Origin: Chromera velia
Lineage: Eukaryota
Length of the DNA: 64,000 nt
Assembly: GCA_018398765.1 (NCBI GenBank)
Contig: JAHBMJ010000421.1
Location: 1 to 64,000 of the forward strand
Direction: 5' to 3'
Shown here: piece after piece, positions 11,021 through 22,777 of the stretch
How the letters are laid out: each line of letters begins with the position of its first letter
How positions within the stretch are numbered: the stretch's first letter is position 1
Position numbers and translations under genes: made by a program
The notes under the pieces: generated by a model
Told to the model about the DNA's origin: nothing
What the model saw: the letters and a program-made list of their open reading frames with translations, nothing else
Database searches by the model: none

Positions 11021-14000
11021 GGGAGGTAAGGGAGAGAGGAAGAGAGTCAGAGAAAAGAAAACCAAAATGGAAGCAGAGGGAGGACAAGGGAAAAAACATA
11101 TCAAGCACAAAGTCACAGCTGTTCAAGTTGTTTAGTACATGTTTCAGTACATTTCAACACGCCCCCTTTTCTGACCGACACGCGGGCAGACAGGAGGACC
11201 GACCGATGCCGTGAAGTTTGTCTGGCAGATATTGTCGCATGCCAGTTGGAGGAACGCATCCACCAACCGGCCTCTGAAAGCAAAACAAAAACAAGGCAAA
11301 GGAAGTGTATGCGCGAGAAAATCCAGCCAGCAGCTTTATCCGATCAATGTACCCACCCCTTTTTGATTCTTTGAATTCCTTCACTTGCAGTCATCAAAGA
11401 AGATGCCCCCCCCTGCCATTCATTTTGGGAGGAAGACAAGTCTCGTCATCCCAATCCAACCGAGCCCCCCTCTCTCCAGTCCGCCTACCAACCCAACACA
11501 CAAAGAGACGGGATAAGGCAGCATGGTATAGACAGAGGAGCTTCACTTCTGTGGACCGCACACGTAGACTACTCACAGAGCTCTTCTAGTGCCATGCAGA
11601 AAAAACATCATCCCACTTTCCTACACATCGTGGTATGAAGAGTGCGTGTGCATATGCGAGGAACCGAGTTCTCCTGCACCTAGAAGGAGTAGGAGAGAGA
11701 AAAGGAATTAAGGAAGATTGGACTGACCGAGTCACAGGTACAATGGCTTTTGTACCCCGAGGTCTCTCGACGTATCCCCTCTCTGTGAGGGTTCGGATCG
11801 TGCCTGCACGCATCCATCCACGCATGCAAAGAGGGCGAGAAGGAGACAGTCACTCTCACAGCTAGCAGTGATCTATCTTGTGCCTCCTCTTCTGTTCAGC
11901 CTTGAGACTCTGAATATTCCTCCCAGCACAATCTTCTCTCTCTCCACATTCCTCTCTTCCTCTTTCAGCCCTTCCCACTACACTCCTTTTCCCTCCGACT
12001 GAGGCTCACTGACTGACCGACTGACTGACTGACTGACTTGCGTAAGTGGAAGGTCTCCCGATTCCGGTGCGTTCCATTTCTCTGACGAGGGAGGCCTCCG
12101 TGAATCTGCAGAAATTGACAGACAGACAGACAAGAACGGGAGCATCAAACAAACAAACAAACAAACAAACAAACAAACAAAGAAAGAAAGAAAGAAAGAA
12201 AGAAAGGCATGCTGATAGAGAGAAAAGCTTCCACGAGTTCCAGGCAGAAGAGAATTCTTTGCAACAACGGGAAGGAGCACGGTGGGTGGATTCCATTCCG
12301 GCAAGCGCAAGGGATATCCGAGTGACTGTCTGCCCCTCTTCACGAAGAGACGAGAGAGAAGAGACCTGACCTCAAGAAAAGAAAAAGGAAAGTTGGCAGA
12401 GGTACCACAAGACAGTGAGAAAAGGCACTCAAATGAAGGGGAGAGACGGGCAGTCAAGAGACCACGGCTTCATAGTCCGACAGTCTCAAGAAGGGAGGAG
12501 CAGAATGGATGGAGGAATTTAACGGGGGGAGAGAGGCGGACAAAATGGAAGTGAGCGCACTCAAACAAGCGCACAGTCGCAGAAAACAAAAGAGAAAGGG
12601 AGGAAGGGAGAGGGAGATATCTTGAGTTGACTTGACAGACCGGGGGGGTGCCTGTGTTTTCCCCTCACGACTTCCGAGTGAGTGGACGCTCAGGCTGACT
12701 TGCCCTCTGTCCCCATCTCTGCTCTGTTTTGCATTGCCGTCTTCCCCCCCTTTGCTTTCCACTTCCCCTCCTCCTTCAGCTGTCCCCGACAGAAGGGACG
12801 GATCCTTTAGGAGAGAGGAGAGAACCTCGGCAGCTTTTTGGGGGTCCCTTTCGACCTGCGTGCTTGAACAGAGGGAAAGAAAGAAAACGCACCGAAAATG
12901 AAACAAAAACAACAAGCAAACCGCATGTTCAAAAAAAAGAATCAGGGAATCACGAAGGGGCTGACGCTGTCTCACAAACCAAAGAGAAGACGAGAAGAGC
13001 AACACCCGCAGGTGGCATATAAGATCAAGGAGAAAAGAAAGAAAAAGGAGAAGAATCACCTATATGAAAACGGACTCCCACAACCAGAGAAACAACGATC
13101 GAAGGCACAAAATTCTTCTCATCGTTTTGATCCTTCGTCCTCTCCTTTCTCTTCTCTCTGCCTGTCTTTTTCTTTTTCTTTTTCTTCTTTCTCTGCGACA
13201 ATACTGCAGTTCCGTCTACAGATTCTACTTAGAGTTGTGTTCACGAGATTGGTGAGCGGCGAAATCCTGTCAACTTCTCAAGCGCCTCGGAGCAGATGAG
13301 GCAAAGAGAATGCAAGGGAGAAAGAGACTGACCACAGGTTGTCCTCTTGCGTCTGTTCGTATCACACACACACTCCCTCCCCCTGTCCCCTCTTTCGACG
13401 CCCCCCCATCACTGGATTCGCCCTCAACAGAATCGTCAGAATCTTCTCCCATCCCCCCAATACCGTCATCACCTTCAGACTGTTCCCGCCTGCTCGGGCT
13501 CACACCCCCGTCCCTGTACACACTGAGAAACCCTGGGAAGATCTCATGACGAAAACTGCTCTGCAAAACGGCAATGGTCTCTTCCCCGCCCTCACTCTTT
13601 CCCTTCTCTCCAGTTTCCTCCTCTCGCCTCGAAACCTCTGTCAATATTCGAATGTCTTCATGCCTAGCGGCAGCCATTTGCGACGCAATAGAGCGTTTCC
13701 ATATGAGGTCATACAGACGGAGGTCCTCCTCTCTCACCCCTGCAACCGACTCAGGTGTCGTCCTCTCTTCTTCCTCTTCCCCGTCTCCCCCCTCTCCTGT
13801 GCGGGGGGCATGCGCTTTCTTCCCCTTCCTCCCTCGCTGATCTCGTGCAGTTCCGTGCTTCAACAGGCGTCGTCGAAGCTTCGTGACATCCAGTCTGAAA
13901 GCATCCATAGAGACTCAAGAAGAAAACAAAAGACGGACAGGTGGGTGTTAGGGAGAAAATGTGATTCTCCTTTGGCAATTCTGGTAAGACCGTAAGCTGA

Positions 14001-15653
14001 TGCAACCTGTCTGTACACAAAAGATCCGAATGATCTGGAGAAGAGCGGTCGTCGCGGAGACAAAACTTGAAAGAGACGGGTGGAAAGGACCAACAAATTG
14101 CCGATAAACTGATGCGAACCGAATGACACACAAGGGGAACGAAAAGAGGAACGCTCCCTCCGAGAGCAGAATAAAAAAAGATGTATGGGTTGGCCTGACC
14201 TGACGTCCGTTGGTCTGATGGCCTCGTGTGCTTCTTGTGCGTTCTTCGCCTTCGTTTTGTACTTCTTCGCATAAGAGGCCTTGAAGGCGTTCCCGAATCT
14301 CTTCGCGGCCTCCTCCCGACAGAGGTCTGCTGCCTCCTGGCTCATGTACATGCCGTCAGTGCGCATGTAGGTGATCAGACCTGACTCATAAAGACGCTGC
14401 AGACACAAGCAGGCAGGCCAGCAACAGAAAGAAAAAGGCCGAGGGGAAAGCGAGTGCAAGAGAAGAAAAGAAATCACACACATCAGTCTCTCCTTCAACT
14501 TTCCAACCCATGACGTATGGACCTAGAGGTTCACGAGCATCGCAGGCTCCCACGCAGCCAGAAAGGGAGTGTTCAAAAATGCCTGGAGAGAGAGAAGCTT
14601 AGAGACATCTAAAGAGAGTGTGAGGCAATTCCTTTTCACAGTTTCAACAACGATCATCACTGCATTATGTAAGCTGGTTTTTCTTTTGAGACGACGTATG
14701 CATGCAGCAGTCCTTAAACTCACAAAATGACGAGACGTTAAAATACCACGCACAAAAACATGATGGTACTGAAGACTATGCTTCGACTCACCTGGGCGCT
14801 TGCCATCGTTTCCGTCGTTCCCATTGAAAGTGAAGCCGCGGCCTGCTGTTGTAGCGTTGCCGTTCTGAAGGGCGCTGGGGGTGACCTTTTTCTCTCTGAC
14901 TTTTTGACGTCTTTGATCGTCAGTCTGCTCCTCTCGTCTGCAATCCGTCTCGCTGCGTCAAGAGCTTGTGCCTCGGAGACGAAGAAGAACTTGTCAACCT
15001 CTTGACCCTGCAGAAGCATGGAAGCATGAAGGGATGTGAGGGGGAGCATGTGTAAGGGTGCTCTAGATACAGACAGACAGACAGACAGACAGAAGGATAC
15101 AAGAGAACAGACGAAGGTCAGAAAGGGGCGGGGAAGTGGGAGAGAGGGCAAGCAGACCGGCTGACTGACTGACTGACGTCCAGCTCCACGATCTTGGCAG
15201 GCATTTCAACGCACATCTCTGCGTCTGCGTCTTTCTCATCCCCCTTCCCCTTCCCCTTCCCCTTCCCCGTCTGGATACGGAGACGGCCGTCCACTGTCCA
15301 AAAGGAACGCGGACGGAAGGCTTCGACAGCCGCTTCTGCAAATAGAAGAGAGAGAAAGTGCAGCATCGATATAGGAGAAACTTCTTTAAACTTAACTTTC
15401 GGGCGGAAAATGAAAAGTGAACCGTGGCCCGTTCGAGCGCGCACGAGAAAAAAGAAAAGAAGAAAGAAAAGACACACAAATACCAAGAGGCAACGTCAGA
15501 CGCTGACACAAAGGTGCAGAAGACAACACGTCTCCTTTTCACTGTGGTCTTGACTCTGCTCCTTGGCCCAGCCCCCTCTTCCGTTCGTTTCTGTTCTTTC
15601 GTCCCCTTCTCCCTCCTTCCTTTCCGTCTCCTCTCTAACATGCGCGCCCCCGC

Positions 15654-15698
<45 letters not shown>

Positions 15699-17142
15699 CC
15701 ACACACCGACCTCTCTCTGCGATCATTCGGAGTGCTGCTGACTGCACTCGCCCGGCACTCCTGCTACCCGGGAGCTTTCTCCACAACACAGGGGAAAGAG
15801 AGAATCCGATCTGCATCGCCATACACGGACAACACAAGGCATTCCAGGGATGTACGTCGGAGCGAAAGAGAAAATGAAGCACAGAAAACGAGGAAACACC
15901 ACACGGTCATCATCCTGATACGCTGAAAGCGACGAGAGGGAACAAAGGCCCAAGGCGACAAAGAGACGCATCACAAAAAAAGGCTAGGAAGGTCACCAGC
16001 CGACACACAGGGCGCGAGAAATAAAAAGCAAAAAGAGCCAAAGCGGGGTGGGTGGGCTGTAGACAAATGTGCAGCCGAACGAAGAAGCATGAAAACGACA
16101 AGTCAAAAACACGTGGTTCCGAAAGAAAAACGAATGTAGCAGAGTGAGTGAGGGACTCAGTCGCTGATTGACGTGACGAGGTCGTTGGAAGATTGAGTCC
16201 CTCCCGACTTGATTAATTAATCGGGCTGACCAACAAGGCTGCCTGACTGACTAAATAATCTACAGCTGTCCTTGCGAAGTACGCGTCTACGAGGTTCTCG
16301 TCGAGTCCCCTGGGGTTCTTGAACGCCGTGTTGACGGCACTCTTGGTCAACTCAGTGAAGGTGACTCTCGAGATCTTGTCCTCTGGCACACCGCCCTTCT
16401 CTTGGAGGATCGTCTTGACATGCCACGCAATCGCCTCTCCCTCCCTGTCGGGATCTGAAGCCAAAAAGACGTGCGCCACTTTGGGGGCATAAGTGAGGAG
16501 TGGATTGATCACCTTGTCATCTGCACTAATCACCCAATTCATTCGGAAGTCTTCCTCTGGCTCTACACTGCCCTGCTTCTTCGGCAGGCTCCTCACGTGT
16601 CCGTAGCTAGCAACTGCCTTGTACTCAGGTCCCAAATAAGATTCCACTGTCTTGACCTTGGCAGGGGACTCCACAACCACCAGGTACTTGACAGAGGGAT
16701 CCAGGGGCTCTACAGCAAGAGAGGTGGCCTTCTTTGTTCGGGACATTTTGGTTTTTGTGTTGGCAGACAGAGCTTTGGGCTTCTTCTTTGGGGTAGGAGA
16801 TTTCTTCGACTTTGCCTTTGGCTTGGCCTTTGCCTTTGGCTCTGCCTTCGTCTTGGGCTTTGGTTTCGGTTTGTCCGTCTCCTCAGCTGTCTTCTTGAGT
16901 ACTGCGGGGGTGCGTTTCTTCTTCGTTGCGGGTGCGACCGCTGTGGTTTTAGTCCCTTTGGAGACTCGACCATACAAGGGAGTGAGGTGCCCGAGGGGGT
17001 CGGCCAGTCGTGGCCTGGTCATCCAGGGGTGGGGGGCTTGAAGAAAGGCGATTGAGGCAGTGCCGTCTCCTTCGCCTCGGGAGACTGCACCGTCTCTGAA
17101 GACCATCAAAGAGATGATGAGAGCCTGAAGACCAGATCTCAT
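8604..17142 (-). CDS. topA: Bacterial-type DNA topoisomerase I (type IA), multi-exon, probably plastid-targeted
   Basis: TOPRIM motifs 'LVVVESPAKVKTV...ASYGHVRSLP...LASDPDREGEAIAWH' in exon 1. Later exons give 'SAGRVQS', 'PPAPFRTATLQQQA', catalytic 'LYESGLITYMRTD', 'NAQEAHEAIRPTD', 'LYDLIWKRSIASQM', 'FTEASLVREMERTGIGRPSTYA' and 'MEDNLDGIARG'. The last exon has a C4 zinc ribbon (CPSCKKG...FIGCSEYPSC) and two Toprim_C-type repeats. First ATG at 17142. Confidence 0.95.
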
Positions 17143-17836
17143 TACCAAAACTTGTTTAGAGGGAAAGTGACATAGTCTGCACCCAGGCAGAAGGCCCTCT
17201 GTTGAAGAGCATTGAGAGCAAACAAACTAAGTACCCGACAGAAGTCGCCGTCTCGAAATAAAATAACAAACTGCCACAAGCAAGAAGGAAGTATTAATTC
17301 AACCCATCAGCCTAGTTTCCCAACCCAATCACACAGGCACTCAGACAAGTTACAAATGCAGCTCCTAAGGTCAAATGCACATGGTAAGCAAACGAAAGAA
17401 GCGCGCGACCGGTATATATATAACATTGAATGCAGTCCACACGCGGTTCGGAATGATCACTGACTCAGCCCGGTCCGCCCCCCCCCCCCCCCNNNNNNNN
17501 NNNNNNNNNNNNNNNNNNNNNNNNNNNNNNNNNCCCCCCCACCCTCGTGGGAAAAGCCCTGCTGAATCCTTGCCTGCATGGAGAGATATCCACCCGCCCC
17601 GGCGGTAATTAACTTTCGCATGCGTGTGAAGGTCAGTCAACTGAAGTATTTTTTCGATCGTGTAGAGGCGTTGATCCTTTGTTGTTCCTCCATTCTATCT
17701 AGCTTCTGCAATCTGTACGTCTCTTTCCCATCAGACCTTTGAGGTTGAACTTAACTGTCTTCCGCTTTTGAAAGAAACTTGCGCAGTTCTTTGAGTGCAG
17801 ACACAATTGAATTCCGAACAACACGAGACCTTCAAA

Positions 17837-20800
17837 ATGAGAGAAAAGGTTTCTCCCTCCACGACCTCTTCTGTCAGTAGCTCTATTCCGGCCACCGGGC
17901 CCCGTCTGTCCCTCAATGCACTCTCCCAAACGTATGGCATGCCAGGGGACCTCATCATCCAGATGGGCATGCGGGTCGCTATCCGCAAACACATTGATGA
18001 GAACATACAGGAACCCCCAAACGCAGCAGACACGCAACGGTACCTCCGTCTGTTCCTCGCCGCAGTGCCTGCCGAAGAGAAGCTGACCGATCTGGAGGCT
18101 GCTGCCCGTACCGATCACAGTAAAATGTTCCAGCTGGGGGATGCTCTCTTTCACGGAGTGAAGGGGTGGCAGCGCGACCCTGAGCGTGCCGAGACATGTT
18201 GGAGAGCTGCAGCGTTGGAGGTTTCGGAGGAGGAGGCACGGCTTCTTGCGTACCGTCAGAGAAGAGAAAATTGGTGCAACCCAAATAATCCAGAGGCAAT
18301 GTGTCAAGTCGCGTTGTCCTTATATGAAGCAGCAGCGAAGACGAATCGGTCCCTTGGGTGGGGATCGGCTTTTGGGTTGGGGGACGTTTTTTCGCTCTTC
18401 CATGCTGCAGAGTCGCTCGAAACTTCCATTGAGATTCTTCAGCCCCTCACTGATGCAGCACAGCTATGCAAGTGGTCTGCCCACTGAGGCCCCACTCTCA
18501 ATGCACATTGCAGAAGTCCTGAATTTTAGGCTGGGTGCTCTTTCGGAGCTGGAAAAGCAGTTCCTAGAAGCCCTCCCATCCGCACACTCAAGCCTGCTAA
18601 ACAACCCCAAGTTTCTCTACACCCCTTGTTTCTGTAATTGGCTGAGTCCATTCGACACGCGGACGGTGATTGAAACGCTGCCCGTCAAAGAACTCTTCCC
18701 CTCACAGACCCGGCAAGACCGTACTGACCTCTACGTCGAGTTTGTCCAGTCCCCTGTGTTCCCCTACCCTCTCTACGTGAGCGCTACAGCCCCCTTTGTC
18801 TCAAACCACCCGGAGATCACCATCCATCCCCCCAGACATATCCAGTACCTCCCGCACTCAGAAACGTTTCACAAGTATGTCTGGCAGGCGCTCGTGTAGG
18901 AAATGGGTTGGGCTGGGGAGTCCAGAGAAGCACCCCCTCACCGCCCATCCAAGATCTGGCTACCAGAAGAGAAGTTTGCAGAGCGAAAGTTTGCTGAATT
19001 TCTCCGAAAGAGACGATACGCACCAGGGACCGAAATCGCACTTGCTTCTGTGGCGCAGCGGTCAAAAATGCATCCTTTGTCAGATCAGGAGGGTGGGTCA
19101 ACGAAGAGTTCAGTGAGTGAGGTGACGAGAGGTGCACAGTTGTTTCAGGACCAAAGGCTTTCCGAGGCCAACAAATTGATGGTCAGGTCCACACATGAGC
19201 ACGCCACGGCACCCTGGCAGGTGCGTCATATGTCCAGAAATCATGCAACAGGAGAAAGCAGCGTTAGAGTCATGGAAGAGGTAATGCGGGCGATGAGTTC
19301 CGCACGTACCCATTCTCGAGCCGGACGATTTCTGAAGGTTGCACAAGCCTGCACAGACGCCCTTGAAACCCTCCGGTTGTATCCCGACCCAGACGAGTTC
19401 ACAGAAGCCTCTCCCAGTGAGATTCTCGCCACACGTGCAGAGGCACTCCGCGCCTTTGCACGTAAGCATGAACGGGATTGTGAGGCAACGGCCAGACAGG
19501 CTCTTTTGCATACACGGGCTGACTGTCAGACCGTCCTCGATGGTGTGTCAGCCCGGGAGTGGGCAGGTCCGGGCTATAATGTAGCGGCTGAAAAGGTGAA
19601 ACGTCTTCGCGACGCTGTCAGCAATCTGGATCGTGAGCTCGACTCCCTGCACCACCATGTTGCAAGTCATGTGCAACAAAGAGAGTGCGCCGAAAGGGCA
19701 GCAGCAGAAGCCGCAGAGTCCCTTCTAAGAGATGTGGAGAAAGATGAGAAGAAAAAGAAACGAAAATTAAACATGAAGGCGCAGGAGAGGGAGCGTCAAA
19801 TGCACCCAGAGGTAACTGCCGAAAGCTCCTCACATTCCTCCTCTAGCTCCACCCAAGTAGAGGCACAGGGAACATCCGGCTTCAGTGACGCAGAAGAAGA
19901 AACGCGTCAGGCTGAGGCTGCAGCCTTTCCAGATGAATTCAGTGCTGAGTCATGGTCGTCTGAGGCACTGTGTGTGCTGTTGAGGGGGCGCGAGCTTCTG
20001 GAGCACCAGATTGTACACAACGCCCGGAGTGCAGACGACATTTGCACTTCCTGTCAAGAAAAGTTTGGCTCTTCCCTCGTATACTATATATAGAAGCACA
20101 GACAACCGTACTCCCATGCAAGCACGCTTTCTGTGTTCCCTGCTTTATGCGTCATTCAAAAGCACTTCGCAAAAGCAAGGAGACACTGTGCCTCCACTGT
20201 CCTCTCTGCCACGCCCCCGTGGGAGCTGACCTCCCTGAGGTGTTGAGGTGTTGATGAGAAGGGTGGCAGAGCAGACGCCGTCTCTTGTCAGACTCATCGA
20301 AGGTCTTCCTGGAATTTCAAATGACTCAGAGGCAGAAGAGAAAGTGGTGATGCTGTTAAAAGGGTGTGACAGGGATGTGAGTCGTGCAAAAAAAGCCCTT
20401 CAGTCTATCCTAGACAGCAAGCCCTTGTGGCAGTCCACGGAGTTTGTCTCTCCCTTTACACCCGCAGAGAAGCAGCAAATCTACAACGAAACCAGATGGC
20501 CGGTTTTGGCATTAGACAAAGAGCTCAAAGAGGTTCGCGAAAAGCTTTTTCAGTCCTTGCCGGACAAACCCAGCCCTCAGTGGCGTAAATTGAAGGAGCA
20601 AGAGAAAGCGTTGACCGAGAAGCGATTGAGGGCACAGGAACAGGCACCGCATGACTTATATGCCCAAATGAATCAGGCACCCGGTATGGGGAGGGAAACC
20701 AAAGACGGAGGGACGCGGGTATAACGCGGGTGGACTTTCACGGTTTGCATATGAAAGAGGCCATATCGAAATTTGAAGAGCGCATCGCCGCATCCGACCT

Positions 20801-21001
20801 GTTCTCCCCTGTCTGCGTTCTGTCACCATTATCACAGGCAGAGGAAAACACAGTAAGGAGAAAGGTGAAGACTCTGAGGCACGTCTCTACCGTGAGTTGA
20901 AAACATACCTGAATCGCCAGAAGGGAGAGATCGAAGTCGGAAGTCCCCCGGGGTGGGAGGGGCTGGGGGCTCTTCGTGTACGTTGGGTTGGACAGATCTA
21001 A
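17837..21001 (+). pseudogene. Intronless disrupted gene reconstructing to Sel1/TPR-like - coiled coil - RING (C3HC4) - CUE/UBA-like - DUF1771-like - Smr protein
   Basis: Consecutive ORFs join after removing small insertions (about 18481, 20082, 20245, 20721, 20781) and reading through TAG 18897-18899. Sel1-like: 'MFQLGDALFHGVKGWQRDPERAETCWRAAA'. RING: 'CTSC...LPCKHAFCVPC...CPLC'. Smr: 'VDFHGLHMKEA...VTIITGRGKHS...LKTYL...GLGALRV', stop TAA 20999-21001. Confidence 0.8.
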
Positions 21002-21954
21002 CCAACCAGGGGGGCCTGAGCCTCCAATGGTGACTCATCACAAAAGATCATACGTCCGTGCGCTGCAGATCTGGTCGATTTCAAGTAGATCCTAATTGAA
21101 GAGAAAGAGAAGGACCGGAGCGGCGGGGAGGGGGCCTCAGCCGGAGGGAAGGGGACTAGAGGAATTGAATGACCATGCATTTCGTAGCATGTGAATGATC
21201 TATTTGAAATCTATCTCAAGTACTCTTTGTCTTTTGCTACTGATAGTTCTCTTTCTTTTGCATCGGAAAAGACAGGAAAGTACAGGAAAGCAACCGGCAT
21301 GCTGCAAAGAAAGGCGATGTTTTAAAGCCTCAGGCGACAAAAAATCGAAACCAAATGATTTAAAAAGGGAAGAGCGAAAAGGACAAGACAAGAGAAGAAT
21401 TTCAACTTTGGGGGCTAGCCCAAACTTAAAGCACGGGTTTTTGCTTTGAGCAAAAAACTATGATTTGGGGTTTAAAATAGAAGAAAATAGATTCTTTCAC
21501 TATAGGTTAAAGCCTAACTTAAAGAGAGGTTTATACCCTAAAATGACCTTTTTATGTTTTTAAAATTCCAATCTATATTTATAATGTACGTACAATCATA
21601 CTGTAATGCCTTTATATAAAAGCCTGAGAAAAACGGCGTCTCATATGAATCGGATTTATGAAAACTTAAGTGTGTTTGTTTGGTCACTTTAAAAAAAAAA
21701 ATGTTTTAAGTTCGAGATTTTCTTTCGTTTTTATAAAAAAAGTTTAACCCTTGCTACTTTGAATCCCCGGCGATTCGCCGTTTTCCAAAAGAGTGACTCG
21801 TATATGGGCCCTATTATCGGGACACGCAGCATGCATAACAAAAATTTCGATTACTATGCTTATTCTGTATTCAACACTGGCTGCACTGCTGACATGGTCG
21901 TAGCAATATAAGCTCTTTTAAATTGTAATGATGGTGAACCATCTAATTAGACCA

Positions 21955-22038
21955 AATCAAAACGGCGCAATGCGTGCGCGAATCATTTTATTTCTGCACG
22001 TTTGCAAATATTCGCGCGCGCATTGCGCCGTTCTGATT
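21955..22038. repeat. 29-bp inverted repeat (hairpin), probably a miniature transposon relic
   Basis: AATCAAAACGGCGCAATGCGTGCGCGAAT (21955-21983) pairs with ATTCGCGCGCGCATTGCGCCGTTCTGATT (22010-22038) with 2 mismatches. Confidence 0.75.
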
Positions 22039-22533
22039 GACCATGCCTAATATCTTAAATTAAAAAAAAAAAATGATTTACTATTCAGTGACCATGCAAT
22101 TAACAATGAAAGACGTTATTCGGTTTAGTTTAGATTTTATAGAAATTTAGCGCTAAGTTTAGCGTTAATTTCGCCGTTCAAACTTATATATCTTATAAAT
22201 TTACTGTCAGTCGCCGTAAGTGTCTTTTAGTGTCTTTTGGTCACTGCCTAAACATGCTGTGGCAATACTCTATAATACCCCCCGCACTGGTGAAAGAATA
22301 CTTCAGAAACTAGCTTAGAAAACTTTTCACAATGACTCCCCATGGTTGCTTAAATTCTCGGTTTTCTCTCCATTCTTATACAGTAAACTGAAGCTTTACA
22401 AATTCTAGCAAATTTATATAAATCCACTAGGTCTGGTGTTGGTTTATGTTAGTCCTAGCTACGATTTAGTACATCTTTTTTCATAACACTTAATAATACT
22501 GCCATTGCTTCCTTTGCTAAGGTCAGCTAAGGT

Positions 22534-22777
22534 AACCTCCTTGAACCTAAGTGCCACTTGAAAAAATATTATCAAGATGATATAGAATGATCTCTATCTA
22601 CGGCATCCCTTTTCAGGAGACCGTCCACGCTTGCGGCGTAGATGGTCAAAACACCGTTAAGATATGCGGCTTTAGCTTTTAATACACCCTAAATGATCCA
22701 TACCTGCGGTACAGACTTTCAAGCTTATCCAAAAATGTGGTTTAAACTTTTAAGTGGTAGTTAGGTTCAGGGAGGTC
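22534..22777. mobile_element. MITE (copy 1), ~30-bp TIRs, 8-bp TSD
   Basis: Ends AACCTCCTTGAACCTAAGTGCCACTTG ... TAAGTGGTAGTTAGGTTCAGGGAGGTC, flanked by a perfect GCTAAGGT duplication (22526-22533 and 22778-22785). A homologous copy lies at 55549-55776. Confidence 0.88.

Noticed and set aside
20240..20247. The 8-nt duplication can be read as GT...AG (GTGTTGAG), and 20079-20093 as a 15-nt GT...AG, suggesting ultra-short introns
   Set aside because: 8 nt is far below known spliceosomal limits, removing the 15-mer does not restore the RING frame, and the other insertions lack GT-AG ends.
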